Below are positions 32,591 to 42,525 of a DNA stretch of 64,000 bases, piece after piece. The DNA lies in contig CAWJBH010000010.1 of NCBI GenBank assembly GCA_963841125.1, positions 161,049-225,048 of the forward strand, written 5' to 3'. The notes beneath the pieces are model-generated. The model saw nothing but the letters and a program-made list of their open reading frames with translations, made no database searches and had not been told where the DNA came from. Numbering within the stretch: the first letter of the stretch is position 1; the number at the start of each line of letters is the position of its first letter. The position numbers and the translations under genes are program-made. This DNA comes from an uncultured Acidobacteriaceae bacterium (GTDB taxonomy: Bacteria > Acidobacteriota > Terriglobia > Terriglobales > Acidobacteriaceae).

Positions 32591-33684
32591 TCAATCCGCC
32601 ATCATCTCTCCTAGCGCCGGCCCGTGCTTGAACCCGTGCCCGGAGCCGCCGCCTAGCAGCCAGACATTATTCATTCGAGGATGGCGATCCACGATGAAGT
32701 GGCTGTCGGCAGTCTGCTCATACTGGCAGACGCGCGTCTCGATCAGCGGAGCATCTTTCATCGCGGGGAAGCGAAAGGCGATATATTCGCGAACGCGCTT
32801 CAGCGTCGCCTGACTGACGACTCGCTCGCCCGAAGTGGGATCGAAGTCGGCCACCGCGCGTGTCGTCGGCCACTTTGAATCCGCGGCGGTCGCTGCCGGG
32901 GATGCCGTAGAAGAAATCGGTCCGCCGTGATCGCCCCACACGGGAAGATGCGTCGTCGGTGAAGCGCGAGTCTCCGGCGGGTGTGCCGAAGAAAAAGATG
33001 TCCTGTTTGGTGGAGCGAATCAACGTCGCCCAGAGTCTCCGGGAACAGCTTGCCCAGCCACGGACCGCAGGCAAAGACGTAGTAATCGGCTTTGAGCCGC
33101 GAGCCGTCCGAGAGCTTAAGTTGCGCAGAGCGCGCCGCTCTCCAGCCCATCGGCTGAGACTGCGACCTGTCGATATATCGCCGCCTTCGGCGACGAAAGC
33201 ATCGACCACGGCCTGGCAACTGGCGCGGGCATCAAGGTATCCGCATTCGGGCTCGAAGATTCCCCAACGGACGCCTGCGAAGTTGATCTGCGGCCAGCGT
33301 TTTTTCATCTCGGGTGTGGAGAGTTCCTGAAACTTGATCCCGGCTCGGCGCAGCACCTGCGAGCGAGCCGCCGATTCATGCTCGAATGAATCATCGCGGT
33401 GCTGACCATCCAGAGAACTCCGGTGCGATGCAGAAATTGCCGTTTCCAGCGCCGTTCGTATTTCGGCCACAGCGTCAGAGCGCGTGCGGCCAGTTCGGTG
33501 TAAGGCTGGCCGGGGCCGTAGGTGCCGCGCATGATGCGGGTTTCGCCGCCAGAAGATGCGCGCGAGTTGCCGGACCCCAGGCGTCGAGCAGGGTGACGCG
33601 GGCTCCGCGCTTCAAGAAGATGAAGGGCGGTCCAGCCGCCGAAGGCGCCGGCACCGACGACAGCGATGTGGGGTTGGATTTCAT
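32591..33684 (-). CDS. FAD-dependent oxidoreductase (DAO / sarcosine-oxidase-like), at least 4 frame switches
   Basis: Reconstructed N-terminus [57 protein letters not shown], a Rossmann GxGxxG. C-terminal FIVDRHPRMNNVWLLGGGSGHGFKHGPALGEMMAD. Confidence 0.75.
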
Positions 33685-33861
33685 CCTGAACGACCTACCG
33701 AATGTCGAGGTTGAGGATACGCGGGGACCGCAATAGAGGGAAGATGTAGATGGAGCTTCCAGCAGAATCGGTTGTTGCGCCCGGCACCCGTGCCTTCGGC
33801 GTCCTTGACAGGAAGATGGAGCGTTCCTAGAATCCAAGCAGGACGCGGGTTTGCGTCCTAA

Positions 33862-33890
33862 GCTAAGTTTCTGCATCTAAAATACTTAGC
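33862..33890. promoter_or_regulatory. Inverted repeat GCTAAGT-N15-ACTTAGC 46 bp upstream of hrcA (candidate operator, not canonical CIRCE)
   Basis: Perfect 7-bp arms, 9 of 10 if extended. The half sites contain the TTAGC/GCTAA pentamers of CIRCE, but in everted order and with a longer spacer. Confidence 0.35.
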
Positions 33891-33935
33891 TGGAGACTTG
33901 GAGCGGTAAGCCCGGATTATTCCCCACAATACGAA

Positions 33936-34977
33936 ATGCCATCTGATCCCAATATCGGCAAGCGGGAACGCGAAGTCCTGACCGCGATCGTGGAGACTTT
34001 TATTTCCACGGGCGAGCCGGTCGGTTCGCGCACGCTGGCGCGGTCGAACCGGGAAGGGCTTGAGCCCGGCGACGATTCGCAACGTGATGGCGGATCTTTC
34101 AGATGCCGGATTCCTGGAGCAGACGCATTCCTCGTCGGGACGCATCCCGACCACCGAGGCATACCGCTATTACGTGGAGCAGATCACGGGAACGGCGAAG
34201 CTCGCGCCGCAGGAAGAGAACATGATTTCCGATTCGCTGGCAGGCATCAGCGACGTGCAGGAGTTCATGGAGCGGACCTCGCACGTGCTGTCGCTGATCT
34301 CGCGCAACGTGGGCGTGACCGTGGCTACCAGCGGCGCCAAGAACGCGCTGGAGCATGTTTATTTCTCGCGCCTGGGAGATCAGAAGGTGCTGGCGGTATT
34401 GGTGACGCGTTCCGGGTTGGTGCGAGACCGGGTGTTGCGGCTCGATCTGCCGCAGGCGGAACTCGATCTGGCCGCGCGCTATATCAACGAGAATTTTCGC
34501 GGCTGGACCATGGAATCGATGCGCGCCGAACTGGCGCGGAGGATCGAACAGGAACGCAGCGAATACGACCGCCTGATGAATTCCATCGAACAACTCTACA
34601 AGCAAGGCGCGCTGGCCGCTGAAGCCGGCACCCAGGTGGTTTTCGTGGAGGGCGCGGCCAATCTGGTGACCGGTCAGGAAGATCGCAAGCGTCTGCAGGA
34701 GATGCTGAAGACGCTGGAGGAGAAAGAGAAAGTCGCGCAACTTCTCGGAGCCTATCTCGACGTGAAGCAGGAGGCGGTGAGGGTCGTGATCGGGCTGGAT
34801 GATGCGTTGCCCTCGATGCAGAATTTTGTGCTGATCGGAGCGCCGGCGCGGTCCGGCACCGACATGGTCGGATCGCTGGCGGTAATCGGGCCCACCCGGA
34901 TGGATTATCAGCACACCATGACCGCGGTTTCTTACATTGCGCGCCTCTTCGACAAAATCTTGAATGAATCGGAGTAA
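33936..34977 (+). CDS. hrcA: Heat-inducible transcription repressor HrcA, one frame switch near 34055
   Basis: REREVLTAIVETFISTGEPVGSRTLARS joins (ORF 34060) SPATIRNVMADLSDAGFLEQTHSSSGRIPT...GSLAVIGPTRMDY. Confidence 0.92.
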
Positions 34978-34989
34978 TCATAGGTTTTT

Positions 34990-35618
34990 ATGGGAAAAGT
35001 GAACGGCAAGTCGGAAGCAAAGAATGCAGGGCTGGATTTGGATCACGAACTGCCGCCGGGCGATGGGGATGAAACCACGGTCGCGGAGGCGGCGACGGGA
35101 ATCCTCCGGCTCGGAATCGGAATTGCAGAAGCTGAAGGCAGAGCGCGACTCGTTGCTCGACCGGCTGGCGCGGGCGCAGGCGGAATTTGAAAACGCCCGG
35201 CGGCGAGCAATCAAGGAACAGCAGGATTTTCGCGACTACGCGGTCGCCGATGCGATCAAGTCTTTGCTGCCGGTGATCGACAGCCTGGAGCGCGCATTGC
35301 AGGTGAAATCGGACGCGGCGGAGTTCCGCGGCGGAGTGGAACTGATTTACAAGCAACTGCAGGCTGCGCTCGCCAAGCTGTCGGTGCATCCCATCGTGTC
35401 GAAGGGCGAAGCTTTCGATCCGCAGCTTCCACGAGGCCATCGAAATGGTGGAAACCACCGACGCCCCCGATCATCAGGTACTGGAGGAGTTGCAGCGCGG
35501 CTACAAGTTCAAAGACCGCCTGCTGCGGCCCGCGATGGTGAAGGTGGCGAAGAAATCCCGGAAGGTAAGTTTCTGTCCCGAGAGCGCTTTACATCGTCTT
35601 ATAACATTGTCTTCTTGA
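34990..35618 (+). CDS. grpE: Nucleotide exchange factor GrpE, at least 2 frame switches; 3' end approximate
   Basis: [60 protein letters not shown]. After a shift, [46 protein letters not shown]. Confidence 0.9.
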
Positions 35619-35637
35619 TTACGGAAAGGCGCCTATT

Positions 35638-36768
35638 CTGGCCACGAACGCAAAACGCGATTATTACGAAGTATTGGCGTGAGCCGCACGGCGACCGAAG
35701 TTGAACTGAAGAGCGCCTATCGCAAGCTTGCCATGCAGTACCATCCCGACCGCAATCCGAACAATCCGGATGCGGAAGAGCGGTTCAAGGAAGTCACCGA
35801 GGCTTACGCGATCCTCGCTGACTCGGAGAAGCGGTCTCTCTATGATCGCTACGGCCACGCCGGCGTGGGCAGCGCGGCCAGTGCCAGGCGGAGGTTTCGA
35901 TGCCACAGCCTTCCAGGATTTCGGCGAAATCTTCGGCGAGTTCTTCGGTTTTGGCGACGCCTTCGGAGGCGGCGGGCGCCGCCGCAGCCGGGTGCAGCGC
36001 GGCGCGGATTTGCGCGAAGACCTGACCATCGAATTCGAAGAGGCTGCTTTCGGCACCGAGACGCGCGTCATGGTGCGCCGTCACGAAGCCTGCGAAGACT
36101 GCCGCGGCTCGGGAGCTGCGCCGGGCAAAGGCCCGACCACCTGCCGCGCCTGCAATGGCCGGGGGCAGGTGCGATATCAGCAGGGATTTTTCAGTATCGC
36201 GCGCACTTGCTCTACCTGCCAGGGAACGGGCAGCGTGATTACCGATCCTTGCCCGAAGTGCAAAGGCGAAGGCCGGCTTCTGCGCCAGCGCGCGGTGGAT
36301 GCGAAAATTCCAGCCGGCGTGGAAGATGGAACGCGGATCCGGTTTACCGGCGGCGGCGAGGCTGGGCCGTTCGGCGGGCCGGCGGGCGATCTTTACGTGG
36401 TGCTGCACGTGAAGGAGCATCCATTTTTTGTCCGGGAAGGGAATGATCTGCACTGCGCCGTCCCGCTTTCGGTGACGCAAGCGGCCATGGGCGCGGAGAT
36501 TCGAGTCCCCACGCTCGAAGGCGAGCATACTCTCAAGATTCCCGATGGCACGCAGCCCGGCACCACATTCCGCATCCGCAACAAAGGCGTGCCCGTGCTG
36601 AATGGACACGGCAAGGGCGATCTCTACGTCGAAGTGCGCGTGCACATTCCGACCAAGCTAAGCAAGCGCCAGAAGGAACTGCTCCAGGAATTGGAAACGA
36701 CCGCGAAAGTGGACAACCAGCCGATGATGCAGTCGCTGCTGGGCAAGGTGAAAGACATGTTCGGGTAG
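35638..36768 (+). CDS. dnaJ: Molecular chaperone DnaJ, 2 frame switches (about 35678 and 35880); apparent CTG start
   Basis: (L/M)[40 protein letters not shown] (J domain, HPD). G/F region [15 protein letters not shown]. Four CxxCxGxG zinc motifs: [39 protein letters not shown] lies 8 nt upstream of the CTG at 35638. Confidence 0.92.
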
Positions 36769-36940
36769 CAGAAACCAGGATCGACCGGACTCGGAATTTG
36801 TATCAGAGACTCGCACCACGGATTCGCAAGGATTACAGATTGCAACAGGATTCGCACGATTCGTATCAGGATATGCCTTCAGGCACATCGTAACATCCGC
36901 ACATCGATCGCGCCTTCAGGCGCTGCACTTCTCCATTCTC

Positions 36941-37660
36941 ATGACCCGCCGCCGTTTCATCGCCGACGAAGTCTCAGGTGATCGCGCGGCCTTGGTCGGC
37001 GAGCACGCGGATCATCTGTCGCGCGTGCTCCGTGCGCGCGTGGGCCAGGATTTCGACATCGCTGTTGCGAACTCCGTCCGCCGCGGACGAATTACACTTG
37101 TGGAAAACGACCGCGTCGAGTTTGAGTTGGGTGAAGAAGTCCCCGCAGCCAGCCTCTCCGAGATCACCCTGGTTCTCGCAGTATTCAAGTTCGACCGCAT
37201 GGAGTGGGCAATCGAGAAGTGCACCGAGCTTGGCGTCGCACGGATCGTACCCGTAATCGCGCGGCGAACCGACTCCCATCTGGCCGCCGCCTCGACGACA
37301 ACGGGTCGAGCGCTGGCAGCGTATTGCCCGCCAGGCATCCGAGCAGTCGCGTCGCGCATCTCCGCCGGAGATTCCACGCCGGTAAAGGTTGCAGAAGCGT
37401 TGAGTCTGCAAGCGGCCTTGCGGATCGTGCTTGCGGAATCGGAACAGCAAACGTTGCTGCGCGACGTTGTGAAATCGAAGACAACGGACAAAGGAATTGC
37501 TCTAGCGGTCGGCCCCGAGGGCGGCTGGACCGAAGATGAGCTGCAGTCGTTCCTGCAAGCCGGATGGATTTCAGCCTCGCTCGGCAACACCATCCTCCGT
37601 GCCGAGACGGCCGCAATGGCCGCCACCGCGATTGTCGCGTCCGCCCTGTGCTCGCTTTAA
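36941..37660 (+). CDS. rsmE: 16S rRNA (uracil1498-N3)-methyltransferase RsmE; the ORF is open but has an internal out-of-frame stretch (about 37298-37372)
   Basis: MTRRRFIADE...ITLVLAVFKFDRMEWAIEKCTELGV...LAVGPEGGWTEDEL...ISASLGNTILRAETAAMAA. The expected RVERWQRIARQASEQSRRASPPEI is found only in the third frame. Confidence 0.88.
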   Translation: MTRRRFIADEVSGDRAALVGEHADHLSRVLRARVGQDFDIAVANSVRRGRITLVENDRVEFELGEEVPAASLSEITLVLAVFKFDRMEWAIEKCTELGVARIVPVIARRTDSHLAAASTTTGRALAAYCPPGIRAVASRISAGDSTPVKVAEALSLQAALRIVLAESEQQTLLRDVVKSKTTDKGIALAVGPEGGWTEDELQSFLQAGWISASLGNTILRAETAAMAATAIVASALCSL

Positions 37661-37697
37661 GCTTTTCCGCTCGACTCCGCGATGCGGAACGATTCCT

Positions 37698-37791
37698 GAG
37701 GACTGCCGTCCCGGTAGTCTAATCGAGCGAAGCCCGAGGTGTATGTGAGGACAGCCGCCCTCGGCTGTCCAATCGAGCGAAGCTCGACGCC
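37698..37791. repeat. Two tandem copies of the GGACAGCCGCCCTCGGCTGTCC-AATCGAGCGAAGC hairpin repeat
   Basis: gaggactgccgtcccggtagtctaatcgagcgaagcccgagg, then gaggacagccgccctcggctgtccaatcgagcgaagctcgacgcc. Same family as 21697-21737 and 55138-55177. Confidence 0.75.
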
Positions 37792-37833
37792 TTTCCTGCG
37801 CGCTCCTGATGGTCGATGGTATTCTGACCCGCA

Positions 37834-40822
37834 ATGGCTGTTTCCAGATCGCAACCTCAATTCCAGTTCGTTCCCGACGATCGCCAGCGCGAAGCGATTG
37901 ATCACGTCCACGGACCCATGCTCGTCGTAGCGGGTGCAGGCACAGGCAAAACCTCCGTCCTGATCCACCGCATTGCCCGGCTCGTCCAACAGGGCCACGC
38001 GAAGCCCGAGGAATTGCTCGCCCTCACCTACACCGTGGCCGCCGCCGGCGAGATGCGCGATCGCGTGAGCGCGCAGCTGGGCAAACCAATTCATTCCGCA
38101 ACATTCCACGATTATTGCCTCGACTTGCTGAAACGCGCTGGAAAAGACTTCGGCGTGCTTGACGAAAAAGATCTGTGGATTTACCTGCGCAAAAGAATCC
38201 ACGAGCTGCATCTGGAACACTACGTTCGGGCGGCGAATGTAGCGCAGTTTCTCAACGATTTACTCAGTTTCCTGAGCCGCTGCCACGATGAACTGGTCAC
38301 GCCCGAAAAGTATGCGGAGTACGTTGCGAGCCTGGAACGCGGGGAAGTACCCGTGCCCCGCGTTGTGAAATCAAAAGATGAACTGAGTGACGCCGAGGTC
38401 ATCGGACGCTGCCAGGAAATTGCCCGCGTGTTTGCCACCACGGAAAAGTGGCTGCGCGAAGAAAATCTGGGCACCTTTGGCCATATGATCACACGCGCGC
38501 ACGAACTGCTCACCACGCGACGAGAAGCTGCTGGCCGCGGAGCGAGCCCGCGCCCGCTTCATGCTCGTCGACGAATTTCAGGATGCCAACTTCGCGCAGA
38601 TCGAGATTCTCGCTGCGCTGGCGGGAACCGAGGCCAACATCTTCGCCGTCGGCGATCCCGATCAATCCATCTACCGTTTCCGCGGAGCATCCAGCGCCGC
38701 GTTTCAACTCTTCCGCCGTCATTTTCCTCAAGCCGGGCTGGTAGTGCTCGGTAAGAACCGGCGCTCAACCACTCCGATTTTGCAGTGTGCTTTTGCAGTC
38801 GTCGACAAGAACCCTCCGGTCTTTGCCGCGCGCGAGCGCGCATTTGCCTACCGGCGAGTTCCTCTTCAGTCGGCGCGGGAAGACGACGCAAAGAACGAAG
38901 GAAGAACGCTGGCCGCATTCCCAGTGGAAGCGATTTCGTTTGCCGGCAAGGATGCGGAGGCACCGGATGTCGCCCGCATCATCGAGGAGACCAAGCGCCG
39001 CTTGCGTTGCCAGTGGAAAGACTTCGGCGTCCTCTACCGTTCGCACGTTCACCGCGATCACGTCGCGCAGGAACTGGCCGAGCGGGAAATTCCGTTCTCC
39101 ATCGAGAACATGGACGTGAGCGATACGCCCGCAGTGCGCGATTTGTTTGCCTGTGTCGCGGCGGTGGTGGATCTGACCTCCGATGCCAGTCTTTTTCGGG
39201 TGGCGGCATTGCCGCAGTTCGACGTGGATCCGCTGCAACTGCAGGGCCGCGCTGCGTGCCATAGCGAAGGACTCGCGGGAAGGAATCGTCGTTCCGCTGG
39301 CCTCGGTTCTCGGCACGGTCACAGGTGGCCACGCGGTAATGGAGTGCGTCCGTCAGGCGCGCGATGAGGTCAACCGCAGGCAGGCCAACGCGCGCGCGGC
39401 TCTGGAGTTGATCGGGAAACATTTCCGGCTTGAACTCAATTCCGCAATCCTGCGGGCCGCGTTGAAGTTTGCCGGAGACTGGGAGAAGAAGGCCACCACC
39501 AAAACGAAAGAACTCGGCGAGTGGATCGAGTACCTGAACTACTTTCGCGAGGCCGGCGGAGTGATTCCAATGACCTCGAACGGGGATGAGGACGCAGTGC
39601 GCCTGATGACCGCGCACGTAGCCAAGGGTCTGGAGTTTGCCCACGTTTTCATTTTGCGCGCGACCAGCGGTTCGTTCCCGGCCAATTACCGTGAGACGCT
39701 GGTCGAGTTTCCGCGCGAGTTGCGTGATCCGGATTCCGCCGCGGCAGCCGATGACAAAACGCTCTACGATCAGGAGGAACGCCGCCTTTTCTACGTGGCG
39801 ATGACGCGAGCTAAAGATTCGCTGCACATCTATGGCAAGCAGGGAATCGGTCGCGACAAAACTCCCGCGGGACTCATGCGCGAACTCATCAGCAATGCCG
39901 GTTTGCAGACTTGGCTCAGATCACGGCCGGCGCTGCCTTCGCAACCCGAATTGATTGAGATCGCTGCCGCTGCGGACCCGGCCCATCCCGAGGGCTCGCG
40001 CTTGCCGGCGTGGCTTGAGCTTCCTGCGATCGAAGGGCTGGGCGCGACTCTGAGCGCTTCCGCCGTGGAGACGTATGAGACTTGTCCCCTCCAGTTCAAG
40101 TTTGAACGCGAGTGGAAGATTGTCGCGCCAGGTCCACGCCGCCATGCAGTACGGTGCCGCCATGCACCGCGTGCTTCGCACCTACTATGATTCCGTCCGC
40201 CTGGGCAGAACCAAGACGCGACGACGAATTGCTGCAGCTGTTTCGTGACGACGAAGGCATGTCGGAGATTCAGGACGAATATCAGCGGGGCTTGTACATG
40301 AAGCAGGGACTGGCAGCAATTGCAGGACTTCCTGGCGGCCACGCGCTCAGCCTCTCCACCGCAGGTTCTGCACACGGAAGAATGGTTTGATGTGCAGATT
40401 GCCGGCACCAAGGTCGCCGGACGAATCGACCGCATGGACCGCGCGCCCGGACGGCAGCGTGAACATCGTCGACTACAAGACCGGGCAAAGCTCGATCGCA
40501 GGAGGATGCCGACGAGAGCCTGCAGCTTTCCATCTATGCCATGGCCGCGCGCGAGAAGTGGGGATACCGCGTGGGCGCGTTGCTGTTTCATAATCTCGAA
40601 GGCAACGTTCCTGTTTTCTCCAAGCGTACAGAGTTTCAACTGGAAGAAGCGCGTGAGCGAGTGCTGGCTGCGGCGCGCGGCATCGCCGACGGGAATTTCA
40701 AGCCCAAGCCTGGCTTCTACTGCAACTTTTGCGCGTTCCGTGGACTATGCCCGGCCCAGGAAAAGCGGGTCCCGAATCTGGCTGGCAATTCTGAGAAGCG
40801 CGGAGGGAAGCCACTGGATTAA
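37834..40822 (+). CDS. UvrD/PcrA-type SF1 helicase fused to a C-terminal PD-(D/E)XK (Cas4/AddB-like, Cys-cluster) nuclease, at least 7 frame switches
   Basis: LVVAGAGTGKTSVL (motif I), LVDEFQDANFAQ (II), VGDPDQSIYRFRGA (III), TAHVAKGLEF (V), LFYVAMTRAK (VI). Nuclease part: LSASAVETYETCPLQFKF, NIVDYKTG, FYCNFCAFRGLCP. Confidence 0.8.
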
Positions 40823-40858
40823 ACGCCGGACCACATCAGACTTGCGCGCAAAAACTTA

Positions 40859-40887
40859 GGGGACGCTTTCGGCGTCCCCCTTATTTC
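40859..40887. terminator. Hairpin terminator after the helicase-nuclease gene
   Basis: Stem GGGGACGC / GCGTCCCC with a 5-nt loop, followed by CTTATTTC. It also sits just 3' of a 13-codon minus-strand ORF. Confidence 0.65.
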
Positions 40888-41326
40888 GACTTCGTACTGA
40901 CTTCTTAATGCTTCTTTTTCTTTTTTGCCTTTTTCTTGGTTGCCATTGGTTCTATTCTCCCTTCCATTTTTCATGGAAAAATCTGCAACGATCAAATGTT
41001 GCAACTAATTGATTGTATAGAGTTAATGAAAAATGAAGTCAAGAAAAAAATGCACGAGGTGAACGAGCGGTGTTGTACCAAAGTCACTGCGAGAGACGAG
41101 AGTGAACAAGAAAAGTTCATCCTCGCGCTGCGAAACAAAGTCGGCAATGCGCAATTGCGACCGATGAAGAAATAACGTCGACGCACCCTGCAAAGGTTCA
41201 CGCTGCACTGTCCGCACGATTCGCACACAGGCCGATAGCCCACTCAACGATTCGCGGAAGTTCATCATTCTTGCGCTCCCGCTGCATCTATAATGAAGTT
41301 GCGAAATCTTCGCGGGAGCATGATCA

Positions 41327-42525
41327 ATGGCGGCTTTCGATGATGTTGTCATCATTTCCGGTTGTCGTACGGCGGTAGGAAAATTTCAGGGCAGTCTCAC
41401 TGATTTCAGCGCTCCGCAACTCGGCGCAGTCGTTGTGCGCGAGGCGGTGAAGCGCGCCGGCGTCACCCTCCGATCAGGTTGACGAGTGCATTATGGGCAA
41501 CGTTCTTCCTGCGGGCCTCGGACAAAATCCCGCGCGGCAAGCAGCAATCTTCGGCGGATTGTCTCCGGCGACAGGTGCCATGACAATCAACAAAGTTTGT
41601 GGCTCAGGATTGAAAGCAGTCGCTCTCGCCGCGCAAGCGGTGCAAACCGGAAACAGTTCCATCGTCGTCGCCGGCGGCATGGAATCGATGACCAACGCTC
41701 CTTATCTGCTGCCTCAAGCGCGCAAGGGATACCGCCTCGGGCAACGGCAAGGTGATCGATTCCATGGTGCACGACGGGCTCTGGGATATTTACAACGACT
41801 ACCACATGGGCATCACTGGCGAGAACGTTGCCGAGAAATACGGCATCACGCGCGAAGAGCAGGATGAGTTCGCCGTGCACTCCCACCGCAAGGCGATCGC
41901 CGCCTGGAAAGAATGCCGCTTCAAATCGCAGATCGTCCCCGTGGAAATTCCTGCGAAGAAGAAGGGCGAAGCTCCAGTGCTGTTCGAGAAAGACGAATCC
42001 CCACGCGAGGATACGACCATCGAAGTGCTGCGCGCGTTGAAGCCCGCTTTCAAGAAAGATGGAACCGTCACCGCCGGCAACGCCCCTGGAGTGAACGACG
42101 GCGCGGCAGCCGTCGTAGTGACCAGCGCGAAGCGAGCGAAAGACCTTGGCGCGCAACCCATGGTTCGAATCGTGGCGCAGGCCACCAGCGGAGTCGAACC
42201 GAAGTGGGTGATGATGGCGCCGGTCGACGCAGTGAAGAAGATTTGGGAGAAGACCGGCTGGAAGAACGACGACGTTGATCTCTATGAACTCAACGAGGCT
42301 TTCTCGGTACAGGCGCTGGGCGTGATGCGCGAACTGCGGCTCGACCCCAACAAAGTCAACGTAAATGGCGGCGCAGTCGCCATCGGACATCCCATCGGTG
42401 CCAGCGGCGCGCGCGTGCTGGTCACTTTGATTTATGAGATGACTCGCCGCAACGCCAAACGTGGAATCGCCGCGTTGTGCTTAGGCGGAGGCAACGCCGT
42501 GGCCATGGCCGTCGAAAGAGATTAG
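41327..42525 (+). CDS. Acetyl-CoA C-acetyltransferase (thiolase II), 2 frame switches (about 41470 and 41750)
   Basis: [36 protein letters not shown] (active-site Cys), [44 protein letters not shown]. Confidence 0.9.

Noticed and set aside
33780-33935. Canonical CIRCE (TTAGCACTC-N9-GAGTGCTAA) upstream of hrcA/grpE/dnaJ
   Set aside because: I searched by eye and did not find it. Only the everted GCTAAGT-N15-ACTTAGC repeat is present, and that is reported separately at low confidence.
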